38,005 nucleotides of DNA from Polymyxa betae A26-41. Lineage: Eukaryota; Protista; Endomyxa: Phytomyxea. Below, piece by piece: positions 11,571-23,066 of this stretch (its first letter is position 1; each line of letters opens with the position of its first letter). Position numbers and translations under genes: made by a program. The stretch covers positions 1-38,005 of the forward strand of contig RBZT01000495.1 in the NCBI GenBank assembly GCA_003693705.1, given 5' to 3'. The notes below the pieces were generated by a model, which was given only the letters and a program-made list of their open reading frames with translations, did no database searches and was not told where the DNA came from.

Positions 11571-12949
11571 ATGGCGCGGGGCAAATCTAAATCATCAACA
11601 TCAAATACATTACGAGGAGTTGCAAAAAGAGGTCGGGGCGAGATGTTTCTCATTGCAGACTCGTTGATAATCAGATTAGGAGAAAGCGAATCTTCCAGTA
11701 GGTTGAATCATGAGAAGGTAGCTGAGGAAGTTGTCGATTTGCTGGAAGAGATAGACGCTCGTGAGGAGCTACGCGAGGTTATCAAACAAAAGGTGTTTGC
11801 GTTTCTCTCTTGTTTTGTTTTGTTTTTCTTTTTATCCTACTGTAATTCTTTTCTTTGAATGGCTTAGGAATTGAGTCAATGCCAGATAATGCCTAAATTC
11901 AATTCGGTTTAGGACGCTCAATATAAAGAGCTGTTAAATAAGTATTCGGCACTGAAAGAATCAACTTTGTCTAAACTGCATGCATCAATTGATCGTATCA
12001 GTTTGGAAGCCTCTAAGATCAAGCAGATAGATTCCGAGCTTGTTATCAAGAACCTAAACCAGGATATACAGAAAATGAGCAGCAAGCTACAAGCTATGAA
12101 TAAGATGAAGTCAGAAAATGACATGTTGAAGAACGAAACTCGAGCTCTTCACGTTAAAGGTTCGTACAGTGTTTATACTCAATATCATAATATCGAATCG
12201 GTTTAGTGAGGAATCTTGAAAAGAAATTGTCAGAGCGGCCATTATCGCCACGACTTAAACAAGCCAATATTGATAATGAATCTGCACAACTTATCATCGA
12301 GTTATATCAGTGCATGCTCGGCATACGGATTATTCCTCAAACCAGAAACGGTGACGAAGCTCAAGCATTTAATTGCCGAATGGTTGACAGACAGACACAT
12401 CGAGGTATATTGTTATTTCTGACTCTGAAAGAAACTGTTCTGTTCATTCGTGACTTTTGCTTTCATCACAACAGTTTAAGCAACATCCGTCGAATTTAGT
12501 TACAGACGTAATTTGCTTGCTTAATCGTTTCGTATCTTTCTGTATTTTTACTTTGTCTCTGGTTTTTTAAAATGTGCTTTCTCTGCAGTGTATTTTGTTT
12601 GCTGTTACATCTATGAAGTGGTTTCCGGCTGTCGCCGGCAGAGCCGTTTCCATTATTTTTGTTGATCCATGCCATAGTTGTTGAGTTTACTGTCACAACG
12701 ACTGACTCAGACGAAGTGGAGTGCTGTCCCACAAGGAGTAAGCGAACAATTGGGATTCATTTAGACTAATTCTGATTCCGTTTCAGTCGATGTTGGCGAC
12801 AGCAGGGAATGCGACTTCCTTAAAGAAGGTCCAATTCAGTTCGATTTGGACCTAATGTCGAGGTTCACAAAGTATAAGAGTGACATACAGTGTCCCACCA
12901 AGCTGAACTTCTTCATAGGAAACTACTCACTGCAATCCAACAGCAATGA
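11571..12949 (+). CDS. Monopolin Csm1/Pcs1 (TTN9)-like kinetochore protein: coiled coil plus RWD-like domain, ~6 introns
   Basis: Coiled coil (YKELLNKYSALKE...) followed by IELYQCMLGIRI...FNCRMVD...VVEFTV...CDFLKEGPIQFDLDLMSRFTKKLLTAI, matching the Csm1 C-terminal pattern (LY..LTG.I, F.C, YL.E.I.F, F..R/KL). Confidence 0.65.
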
Positions 12950-13067
12950 TCAAACAATTGAAACTGTACAATTATGCTATTAAACACAGTTCCGTCTCAT
13001 ACTCGCTTTCCGATTTTATCTCCTCATTGAAGTGAGGCATTGCATTCTGTTTATTTCCCGGCAAGAT

Positions 13068-14265
13068 TTACAGCTCGCTCTGGAACGCTGCAGCAATTAC
13101 ATCGGTAAAAGTTAGCAATGACAACCCTCTGTTTTCGGTGTTTATCCTGCTCGTGATTCAATATCATGTTGCAGAACTCAACAGGATTTTCTTACCAAAT
13201 ACGATGAATTCGAGATGACAGCATTTTCTGAACGGCATCGTTGACGCTATCGGTATCACGACAAACAATGGGTGGTGGAAGGCATCTATGTGTCTGCATC
13301 AAATATTCGTGTACAGTTAGCGACTGAATCGCTGCCAAGGCTGTGCTAAGCATGCCTCGGAAATCAGATATCGATATCTGAGTCTGCAAACTGCCATGAT
13401 GGTCAACTACTGGAAGTGCCGTGATTTTATGCTCCAGCAACAGCGATACCGCCATCTTCAAACTATCGTGAAGTTCGACATACAGAATGATGTGCTTCAT
13501 CTCTGGACGCGCCGCCCGGGCGACATCTCGAACTTGCTTGGCGAACAAGCTGGAGAGATGCGGTAGGGCTCGGCTGTGGGTAGCAATGAATTTCACCACA
13601 TCTGTTTGCGTCAGTAAGCGAGCGCTTGAACCATCAGTGACTAGAACACGGTGCACCCCTTTCCCCAACATCTCGCAAGCATAAAGCAGAGGACGATCAA
13701 CTGGTTCCACCCACAGACACAGCTGAAAAACGTTTAAGCTTAGGATATGTCGTAACTGGGAAATTTGTTGCTAAAGTGAATTAGGCAGAGACCAAACTAA
13801 CGGCGACTAAATGTCGGGGATGTGAAGCAGAATATCATAATGAGTGATTACTTACAGATTCGTCGGTTTCTCCTACGACCTGAGTGATGGGAGTCGATAA
13901 GCGTTCTCGTAGCAGTAATTGCTTATTACGAAACATGAAAGCCAGAATATCAATAACAGAGATGATCCCGATATATTGTTTGTCGCCGATACACAGATTG
14001 ACACCTCCTGCCCCGATCCAACTGCCTTTTTTGCCATACACAGGGCAGGACAGAATTCGATGATTGTTCAAAACCTCCAAGGTCTATGTACGAAAATTAA
14101 TTGAAACGACACATCGGAAGACAAGATTTTAAGCTTATTATCAAAACGTTTGGCAACCTGTGCGATGTTAGTTGTGGCAGAGACGTCAACAAGAACTTGT
14201 TTATTGGCGACTAAATCGCCAACCACAACCTCTGGCACTTGTTTTATCCAGTCTACCATGGTCAT
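13068..14265 (-). CDS. Tandem CBS-domain protein (SNF4/AMPK-gamma/Sds23-like), 3 introns
   Basis: Repeated CBS motifs: HRILSCPV...IGIISVIDIL; GVHRVLV...LLTQTDVVK; HKITALPVVD...ISISDFR; RIHRIWI...LLTFTDVI. Confidence 0.88.
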
Positions 14266-14607
14266 TCTAGCAATAAGAATGCAAAGCCAAGCGGAGTGAT
14301 AAAGTGAAGCGATGGTCCGAGAATAGTTTTAAAGTGTTTCATTTATTTTCTTAGAAACATTTAGCGTTTTTGTGTTGGGATCTCCTAAGCCGAATGCTAT
14401 TTTTCGAGGAACACTTGTCTGAGTTGTAAACATGACAATGTGGATCCGAGCTTGAGTAACATGGTGTCTTGATCTCAACACTAACCATCAGGCAAAGAAA
14501 GCATATTGTTATTAGAATCAACAATTGCCTAAATTAAGTTTGGTACATCAGAATTCAATGCTCAGAATGACGGATTTCGGGGTCAACCGACTTCCAATCG
14601 CAGATAA

Positions 14608-14763
14608 AGGTTTATTAAAATATCCCTGCATCTATCGATTTCTTAAAATAATAATGAAATCCACATATGGGTTGATTAATTGTATTTTTCCCTGAAATCG
14701 AATCGCAATCACAAATCTTATGGGATAACATGTATTTTTGAAATCAATCATCTTATTAAACCT
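14608..14763. mobile_element. Possible decayed AT-rich fold-back/MITE relic
   Basis: Imperfect inverted termini (AGGTTTATTAAAAT vs reverse complement AGGTTTAATAAGAT), plus internal mirrored segments (GATTTTCTTAAAATA vs GATTTCAAAAATA). Confidence 0.3.
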
Positions 14764-15158
14764 ATTTCATCCGCCGCCTACATAAATCTTCTGAACGAAG
14801 ATGCAACGACTGCTTTCTGAAAACTTAGGCAGGAGTGGTCTACAGTTTCTGACTCATCTGTGAATGCTCTCTGGAATGAATTGTTGAAGTTATAAATAGG
14901 CTGAAGGATACACACAATGTGAGGCTCTGGTTAGCGTATGTCTATCCAGACTCTTGCCATACTGTATCATAAGAGCAAAATAACCCGAACAGGAGGCCCA
15001 ATGACTGATGCCGGGGCCTTCATCTCCGATCCACAAGTCGACCGATACTGACTGGTTCCGCCGAGGTGACGTTACCTTAGGGACTCTGTGAGTGTTGAGC
15101 CTCACAACAAATTTTAAATCGCCTAACAATCTTCACCAAGTTCATTCGGAGACCCCTG

Positions 15159-17115
15159 ATGGGAGTTGATCAACGGAAGCTCGCTGATGTCGAGCTAAAC
15201 CAAGTCGCGGTCGATGCCGAACCATCCCCTGAGGAACCAGAAGCGTTCCCTGAGAAGCCGGGTATGTCGGCTGAGAAGCCGGACAATCGTATTCGTCCTC
15301 ACTTGAAATGTCTTGCAAACGGCACCTTCAACTTCGCTAACGTCTGTGCTTCGTCTTTTACAACCAATCAATTAACAAGTCTCATCATTTTTGTAGTCAA
15401 TCCTTGGCGCTGGCATTATTGGTTTGAGGGGATGACCATTTGCGTTCTGTGTGATTAAAATCTCGTCCAGGAATGCCTTTTGCTTTAAGGCGAACAGGAT
15501 TATTAATCGGAGTTTGTTTAATGATCGGTGTCGCATCGCTAACAGCCTATAGCTCTCAGATGCTCGTCTTGTGTGGTCACAAGGTATGCGTTTGTTATAT
15601 TGTTGCTTCAACGGATAACGAATTCGTGTAGCTAGGATGCAAAACCTACGAGGAACTTTGTCAAAAGGTTCTTGGAAAGCAGGTAAAAGGACGAAGACAT
15701 TTCTGGTAACAATACTGAAACTATAGCAGGCATACATCTGCGTCTTAGTGTGCATGACTGCTTTCGCCTTCGGTGGAATGGTAACGTATGAGTATCGTTG
15801 CATGTCATTCATTAATATCAGCGCAGACCGCGTATATCATCATTATTGGGGATACTCTTACGTATGTTGCCGATTCGGTTCTTGGTAATGCATAATTAGC
15901 TGTTATTCAGCCATATTTCGACAACGATTTTCTTTCAGGTGCAGGTACTGTGTTTGGTAATCGGCAATTTGTCGTTGCCTTGGTCAGCACATTGCTGGTT
16001 CTACCAATATCATCACCACGTGATATCTCCAAGTTAGCAAACTGGAGTTTCTTTAGCTTGATCGTGATAACAGCCATTGTGCTCGTTGTTTTGGTTCGAG
16101 GACCCGCTGCTTCTGCCGAAATATATGCATTGAAAGGCACAGATCCTGTTCCTTTGTCAGTTATTGAATCGACCCTTTTTGCAGGAATAGGTGAGTGTCT
16201 GTATTATCGTTTGCGATTCAGTTTATAAATTTCGTAGGCACGATGTCGTTTGCTTTTGTCTGTAACCATAGTGCGTTTCTCGTTTTTAACTCTATGAATA
16301 ACCCTACCCCGCGAATCTGGAACTGGTGCGCTAACCTTTCTGTTGGCTTCGCCTGGGTTCTGTGTGCATTCTTGGGTATTGCTGGCTACGTTTATTTCCG
16401 AGATGGTGCGCATCCCGTATGTAAACATTTTTGCTGACGATTCAGATACTCATCTGTAGGCAGGATATATTAAGCAACTTCCCAAAAAATGACTTGTCAG
16501 CCAACATTGCTCGTGGTCTTCTGGCGGTTACCATGGTCAGGATCCGAAGCGTTCTGTGTTAGGACATATTTTGAAAAGAGATAGGCGCTCACATACCCAA
16601 TGGAAATGTTTGTTGCTCGCCATTGTTTGCTGGAGGCCTTCCACCCTGGAGTTCGACACCATACGACAGTAAGGCACATGGCTGCCACCTTAACTCTTTG
16701 GCTTGCAACAACTGGACTTGCTCTCGGGATTCCCAAATTGGGTCTTGTTATCGGTACGTTTGATGGTTTAACTTTTAACGAACCCTATTCGGATTCCGAG
16801 TTTAGAGATCACTGGAGCACTGTCTGCCTCTTGCTTGGGCTATATTCTACCTGGTATCATTTGTCTAACCGTAGCCGGAGATGTCCGACAGAATCTGAAA
16901 TCGTCTTGGAGCACCCTTGATGGCAAATATCAAGAACCGTCATTGCTCAAGCGTCTCAAACAAACATTCAGAGATGCAGGCCCGATAACATTGGTCACAT
17001 TTGGTACTGTCGGTATGTACTTAGTTCGCCTCTTCCTTTGTATAAATAGACTAACATACTGCTTTTGTTAGCCATGGTTGCCGGAACTGCTACTGCTTTT
17101 CTTGGAACCAATTGA
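15159..17115 (+). CDS. Amino-acid transporter, Aa_trans/SLC38A11-like (~11 introns)
   Basis: Motifs NSILGAGIIGMPFAL, YEEL, AYIIIIGDTL, LPISSPRDISKLANWS, GTMSFAFVCNHSAF, GYVYF, ARGLLAVTMALTYPMEMFVARH, GYILPG. Confidence 0.92.
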
Positions 17116-17456
17116 ACCAATAAACAATATAAAACACTTCAAAAGAGCAGTTTTGCCTTATGTTAATGTTGGCCGTTGGCAGATGCTGAATTATGGGAAG
17201 ATTGTAAGTAACTTCTCACAGGAGGCAGTACAAGATAATTAGGAAAACAATCAAGCAACTCCCATTCATACCGGTAGCCAGAGTCCGTTGAAGCGTAGCA
17301 TTACAGCAACCATCGTCAAACAAAGGTGTTTTGAATTTGGAGCTTGTCTAACCAGAATTTGTTGAGCAGTGGACTTGTCGGTTCCCATCAACTATTTGCC
17401 TTCTTCATACATTGTCAACAGGTCTATGTCCCTTATTGTTAGGCTGACTAAGCACT

Positions 17457-17575
17457 GAGAACATTCCAGAGAGCGATTCAACAAGTGGAAAAGACGAAAC
17501 GCACTAAGTGTATAGAATGTTCTACAAGGATGATTCTTAGAAGGTTCCGTGATCATTAGACCGAGTATTTAACTA
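17457..17575 (+). promoter_or_regulatory. Heat-shock promoter (HSE-like GAAnnTTC units and TATA-like box) of HSP20 copy 1
   Basis: GAACATTC (17459), GAATGTTC (17515), GAAGGTTC (17540) and TATTTAA (~17567), all conserved in the second copy. Confidence 0.75.
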
Positions 17576-17626
17576 GGAACATTGCTACATCCATTATCAT
17601 ATTCAAATCAAACTGATTGCTACATA

Positions 17627-18043
17627 ATGGCATTATCATTGTTCGACTTCCACCGCGACCTAGACCGCCAGCTATTCGGGAATGATTTCTGGGGGCGCCA
17701 AGTTGCTCAGGCTGCGGTATCACCCAGCATGAAAATGGAGCTAAAAGAACGCCCGAAAGGATATGAACTAACCATCGAGGCGCCTGGTATCAAGAAAGAG
17801 GAGATGAAGATCAGCTTCGAGAACGGCGTCCTGATGGTCTCTGCTGAACATAAAGAGGAACAGACTGGAAAAGATGAGCGCGTTCACTTCTCAGAGCGAA
17901 CCTATGGACATTATTCTCGTCAGATTCGCCTTCCAAAGAATGTTGATGCATCGGCTATCATCGCCAAATATGATAATGGTCTCCTGAAGATTGACATTCC
18001 CAAGACTGAAAAGAAGGAAGCCAATCTTATTCGCATCGATTAA
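17627..18043 (+). CDS. HSP20: Small heat-shock protein (HSP20/alpha-crystallin), intronless, 138 aa
   Basis: IEAPGIKKEEMKISFENGVLMVSAEHKEE...ERTYGHYSRQIRLPKNVD...AKYDNGLLKIDIPK is the alpha-crystallin domain. Confidence 0.96.
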   Translation: MALSLFDFHRDLDRQLFGNDFWGRQVAQAAVSPSMKMELKERPKGYELTIEAPGIKKEEMKISFENGVLMVSAEHKEEQTGKDERVHFSERTYGHYSRQIRLPKNVDASAIIAKYDNGLLKIDIPKTEKKEANLIRID

Positions 18044-18382
18044 ACATTGGAACTGGATTTCTAAATTTCGATAAATCGCTCCACGAATACTTTTCTAACA
18101 CATTGGTGTGAATAGCAGGAAAAAAAGCAAATAACCATTGCCCCAGTGTGAGCGCGCCTGCCTTATCTGACGAACTCAGCATCATACAAAAGCGCATCTA
18201 CGTAGGGAGAGCGCTGCACCCGACGGCCTGAACCACCCGTCGTTCACAATGTCTCGATTCGAATAATGTGGTCACTTTGAAAACCACGAAAGGAAAGAGA
18301 CGAGAAAGCTTGGGACATATCAAACTTCAATCGGACTAACTTACACCATAATAGGACGGAAAACAACGACCAACGTGATACA

Positions 18383-19350
18383 TTATTCCTCATCACACTC
18401 GTAATTTAGCCACATGACGTCCCAAATAGCATTTACGACATCAGGTGGTACAGCACCGTCTGCTGTAGCTGGGAACTGAAACGGCTTGACTTGGTTAAGT
18501 TGCCTTAGAAACGCGTTCCCTTTAATAGCATCTTTAGGGGCATCGTAATCCCAGTCTAGGTTAGAGATTAGCGAATACAGGTTGATCATCCGCCTGGTTG
18601 CAGTATTTTCTGATTCGATCTCATTGGATTCTTTCATAGCCTCGCGCCGGTAGGATTCGTCTTTTGCTACGACCTAAGATGTACTTTGAGAAAATAGATT
18701 GTAATTTGTTACGAAAACAATACGCCGGAAAAACTAGATTTAAACAGGGAACGGAGACTACGAAGCTGGAAATCCAGTATTTGGCAAAAGTGTAGCAAAA
18801 TCACAAATGCATTCAAAACGCTACGTTTTTAATAGTGAAAATACTATATCGCGAGAGGATATCGACATTTGATGGGCAAAGGATCGAACGACGCTCAATA
18901 TTGAAAAGGCAGCAAAGATGCAAACAGGGAAAACTCAGGTTTTTCAAAAGTTTGCAAAAAGAAACATTGTAACAGAGCAATGAGCATACATTATGAAGCT
19001 GAACATTGTGCAATGTGGATACATACTTCATCGAGTCTGTTTTGGAGGTCTTTTTTAGAAGCTTGAAGCGCCTCGATTTCACCTTGCAAACGTTTTTTTT
19101 CCTGTTCGACCTGGATCAGCTCATCGTCATATCGCCCGTCCATATAACAAGCGATCTCCTGTTCTAGGGTGGCAATATGACCCTGCAGCGCGTCTACGAC
19201 GGATGCGACCTCAGCTCGGCGCCGATGCCAAGCGTCCTCGGCCACAGTGACATTCTGCAGAATGCGAGCGAGCAGGTCAGGGTCGTCATCGGCAGCAAAC
19301 ATCGCCTTGAGCTCATCCAGAACACGACATGTCTCAATCAGTGTTGACAT
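18383..19350 (-). CDS. SPC24: Ndc80-complex subunit Spc24-like (intron 18674-19026)
   Basis: Exon 1 is a coiled coil. Exon 2 (INLYSLISNLDWDYDAPKDAIKG...VKPFQF...VVNAIWDVM) matches the Spc24 RWD domain pattern LY..I..I.WDY...IKG...PF...N.LW. Confidence 0.8.
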
Positions 19351-19914
19351 CGTCGAATGAGTCCAAGACCCGATAATTTAATGACGCAACAAGTAGGGCT
19401 GTAGGTAGGGGGCACCTCACAAAGGCCCCACGACCCCGTCAAATTTCAATTTTAAACAATTGTAACATTACATTCTCGATGTCTGAATGATCTCATTATA
19501 AATGAGCGGAACTGGGTCGAATCGCTCGTAGCTTGGCAATTTTGTCGCCAAAAAAGAAAGGGTGTTTCAGTTCTAACGAAAGGCCCAAGTTACCTCGAAT
19601 ACATTTTCGCAGGATTAGAGCAAAGCACTTCCAGAAAGTCACAAAATCACTAAAAGCGTCTTTTCCTCGTGCCAGCAGGCTTTAGTTTACAAAACATTCG
19701 ATTTTTCGAGCTGGTGATGGAGCCAGACACACTCTATGCACTCCATTGGAAAATGAACAACCTCAAATAAGCAGCACAGCACCCAAAAGCGGTGCTCCTT
19801 GCATTGAATTCTGTCTCTGCGCTTGCTAAGACAGCCCTACTTTAAAACCAGATTTTCAGAGCTTGCTGTGATATTATCATCTCCATTTACTCAAATCTAT
19901 ACAATATATAGGTT

Positions 19915-21422
19915 TTAGATTTCACCGACATGTTCGTCCTTGCACGATTCATCTTTACTGGCTTTGGACGACAGCTCGGTCCAAGTGCCGCTATGCAACG
20001 TCACTCCTAGCAGCTCGTCTTGTGTCATCGACTGTCGTAATCTCCAGGCGGCGCCTAGAAGAGGCACCAGAGGAGCCATATGGTCCATCTCGTCATTGAA
20101 CTCTTCAACGCTCTTCTGTGTCTCAACACATGATCGATGACTGAATCCTGGTCGACGGGCCAGTTCGACGGCGCGATGGTGCTGGGCCGCTGACGACATC
20201 TTCCTTTGCGACAGCAGATAAACGCCTCCCAGAGTCATGACCAGGCCGGTTGGGAACAGCACGCTTTGGGCGACGCCAAAGGCGGCGAATTCCTTGAAGA
20301 AACAGACTCCGCCCAGAGTCGAAACACCAATGAAGGCGCATTGGAAAACGGGGACCACGTAAAGCGCATCGAAGCGTTGCAGTGCCATCGCCAGGAAATG
20401 AATCTGGCCGCCGATTGTGGCAGCGCAAGCCAGGATGAACGCATATGTCAGCGATTTGTCGAACTGATTATCGCCTTCGAATGTCCGCCTCTAAAACATA
20501 GTCAATATCAGGCGAACTAGCACAAGAAAATCATAACAAAAACAATGTAAACGAGGTCAGAGAATGGATAGAATGGAGTACCGGAAAATTCTAACAAACA
20601 AAAGAATTCGAGGTTGAAATTATTGCAATGAGTTTGAAAACGAACCAGTAAAACCGCCATGCATTTGGCGAACATGATCGACTGAGCTCCAAGAGTTCCC
20701 GATAATGTGCATAGAGAGAAGGGATGCCACTAGATGACCAATTAGTCAAGTGTAATGTTACATATCTGCTATCATCTGCTAAATACCTTCACATAGGCAG
20801 CATAGGCGGAATCCAGATCAACCATCTGCGATTGAAGACGAGCGATCACGTCGGAATGGCGATGCCTATCAGTCTCATCGATTTCAGTCTGCCGCTGCAT
20901 AATTGCTCGTAGCAATGCCTCCGAACGGAAGACGATCACGCCCAAGACGACCACGGCCGCTATGCAGAAGCTGATATACACCAGAAATAGGGGACCTTCG
21001 TAAAGCTGGACCAGCTCGTCCAGCGTGTAAGTCGCTTCCGAATGATTTCCGAATATGACGGCCACTACCGACCCTGTTAGGATCAAGGCAGTTCCAGCGA
21101 TATCTTTCCGAGACAGAGCTTCTTTCAGCCAGATTCGGGCGAAGATTATATTCGCCACTAACGTTGAACTGCCTACAGGAGCGACGATCGATTGGGCAGC
21201 GAACCCTAGCGCGAGGAAGTCGCCGAGAGATCCTCCAATGACCATTGCCAAGCCCAGACACCACATCGGCTGGCGCCAATACGAGACGGCAGCGCCACCA
21301 GCGTTCTCATTCTGTTTGAACATGTACTTCTGAATGTTGACGCCACCGGTGGACATAATCGAACCGGTCATGGCCAAAGCTACGCCCAAGATCCATAGAT
21401 TCGGGTTCACATCATCAGACAT
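19915..21422 (-). CDS. NIPA-family magnesium transporter (2 introns)
   Basis: GVNIQK, PMWCLGLAMVIGGSLGDFLALGFAAQSIVAPVGSSTLVANIIFARIWLKE, LSGTLGAQSIMFAK, ALQRFDALYVVPVFQ...GGVCFFKEF. Confidence 0.92.
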
Positions 21423-22478
21423 GACACAGCTACAGATTCAGAAATCTGATTCTTGACGACGTGAACTGCGGAGACGATCTGGTACGCAGATCGATCTGGC
21501 GTTAATCGTTAAAGATTAGTAGATAGATGATTTAAGCGTTGCCTGTCCTCAACCAGAATTGTTCTCTACTTCTTCTTTCGTGCTATCTACGATTGTCAGA
21601 GAGGGTAGTGAAGTTAGCTGTGCTAAAAAAGCTATTTAATACAATCGTGGGCCAAATCAGGCTCCGCTTAAGGATCACCAACTGGTCATCGTCATCATTA
21701 GCAGAAGTTCGAAAATGAATCGCGTGTTAATATACTTGGACATTCTATCGATATAGAAAACATATCCTAAAAAATCTTCAAAGTTGAACGACTCGAGGCC
21801 AATTCAGGACTGCAAAAGCGAATCCCGATAAATCGGGACCATCTTGGAATCGGGAGGCTTGAACAGAAATGACTTTGACACTTTGCTGGTGTCAGATCCA
21901 CTATTGACCAGAGTAGCTAAAGTCACTTCTCATTCAGCATCGCCTGCACCAAAATAACTCGATTCGTTCCTCCGCTTTGTTTGAGGGTCGATGATTTTGG
22001 GCACTGGCTTCAAGCTGTAATGTTTTGCTTCTATGCCGAAGCTGGTGCTACATATTACACCGCCGCGATGCTCAGCGTGAGGTGCAGTCGTAATATTTCG
22101 GTGGTGCAGAAGACAGAAAGATAGGGAATTCAAGGAGCACCCGGCAGATGAAGGTGACTTTACCGACCAGGTATTCAATCTAGCGGAGAATCACTTCAAG
22201 GCCTAAAACCTGAAAATTTGTCTTAGCTAGATTCATCACCGTTGAAGCTTGTTTATGAGCATTACGAATATTCAAGTGTAAAACTCGGATTTCTGCAGAA
22301 TACTCAACCTTTTTCGAGGACCAGGCGATCGAATTTGACAATCGATTTTGTTAAATACTGATACGACTACATCCACAGCCATTTGATTGCTTTATTGAAA
22401 CAATTCCATTGATTTATTAATTAGTATGAAAAAAAGACCAGTTGATGATTTCTCAATTGAAAATATAGTTTGATCTGG

Positions 22479-22894
22479 TTAGTCGATGCGAATAAGATTG
22501 GCTTCTTTCTTTTCAGTCTTGGGAATGTCAATCTTCAGGAGACCATTATCATACTTGGCGATGATAGCCGAAGCATCAACGTTCTTTGTAAGGCGAATCT
22601 GGCGAGATAATGTCCATAGGTTCGCTCTGAGAAGTGAACGCGCTCATCTTTTCCAGTCTGTTCCTCTTTATGTTCAGCAGAGACCATCAGGACGCCGTTC
22701 TCGAAGCTGATCTTCATCTCCTCTTTCTTGATACCAGGCGCCTCGATGGTTAGCTCATATCCTTTCGGGCGCTCCTTTAGCTCCATTTTCATGCTGGGTG
22801 ATACCGCAGCCTGAGCACCTTGGCGCCCCCAGAAATCATTCCCGAATAGTTGGCGGTCTAGGTCGCGGTGGAAGTCGAACAACGATAATGCCAT
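22479..22894 (-). pseudogene. HSP20: HSP20 copy 2, inverted duplicate with a 1-nt deletion frameshift (~22607); pseudogene or sequence error
   Basis: 416 nt versus 417 nt for copy 1; reads ggacattat-ctcgccag versus ggacattattctcgtcag; homology continues to the shared stop position. Confidence 0.85.
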
Positions 22895-22947
22895 TATGCA
22901 GTGATCAGTTTGATTTGATTATGATAATGAATGTAGCAATGTTCCTA

Positions 22948-23066
22948 GTTAAATACTCGGTCTAATGATCACGGAACCTTCTAAGAATCATCCTTGTAGA
23001 ACATTCTATACACTTAACTGAGTTTGTGCGTTTCCTCTTCTTGAAACGCTCTCTGGAATGTTCTCA
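22948..23066 (-). promoter_or_regulatory. Heat-shock promoter of HSP20 copy 2
   Basis: Mirror image of 17457-17575, with the same HSE-like units and TATTTAA. Confidence 0.75.

Noticed and set aside
18167-18292. CTGACGA ... stem-GAAA, resembling a hammerhead ribozyme core
   Set aside because: The core elements are ~100 nt apart and stems I-III cannot be formed.
21860-22215. Coding-like fragment and CCTAAAACC (telomerase-template-like)
   Set aside because: Multiple stops, an incomplete template match and no supporting structure.
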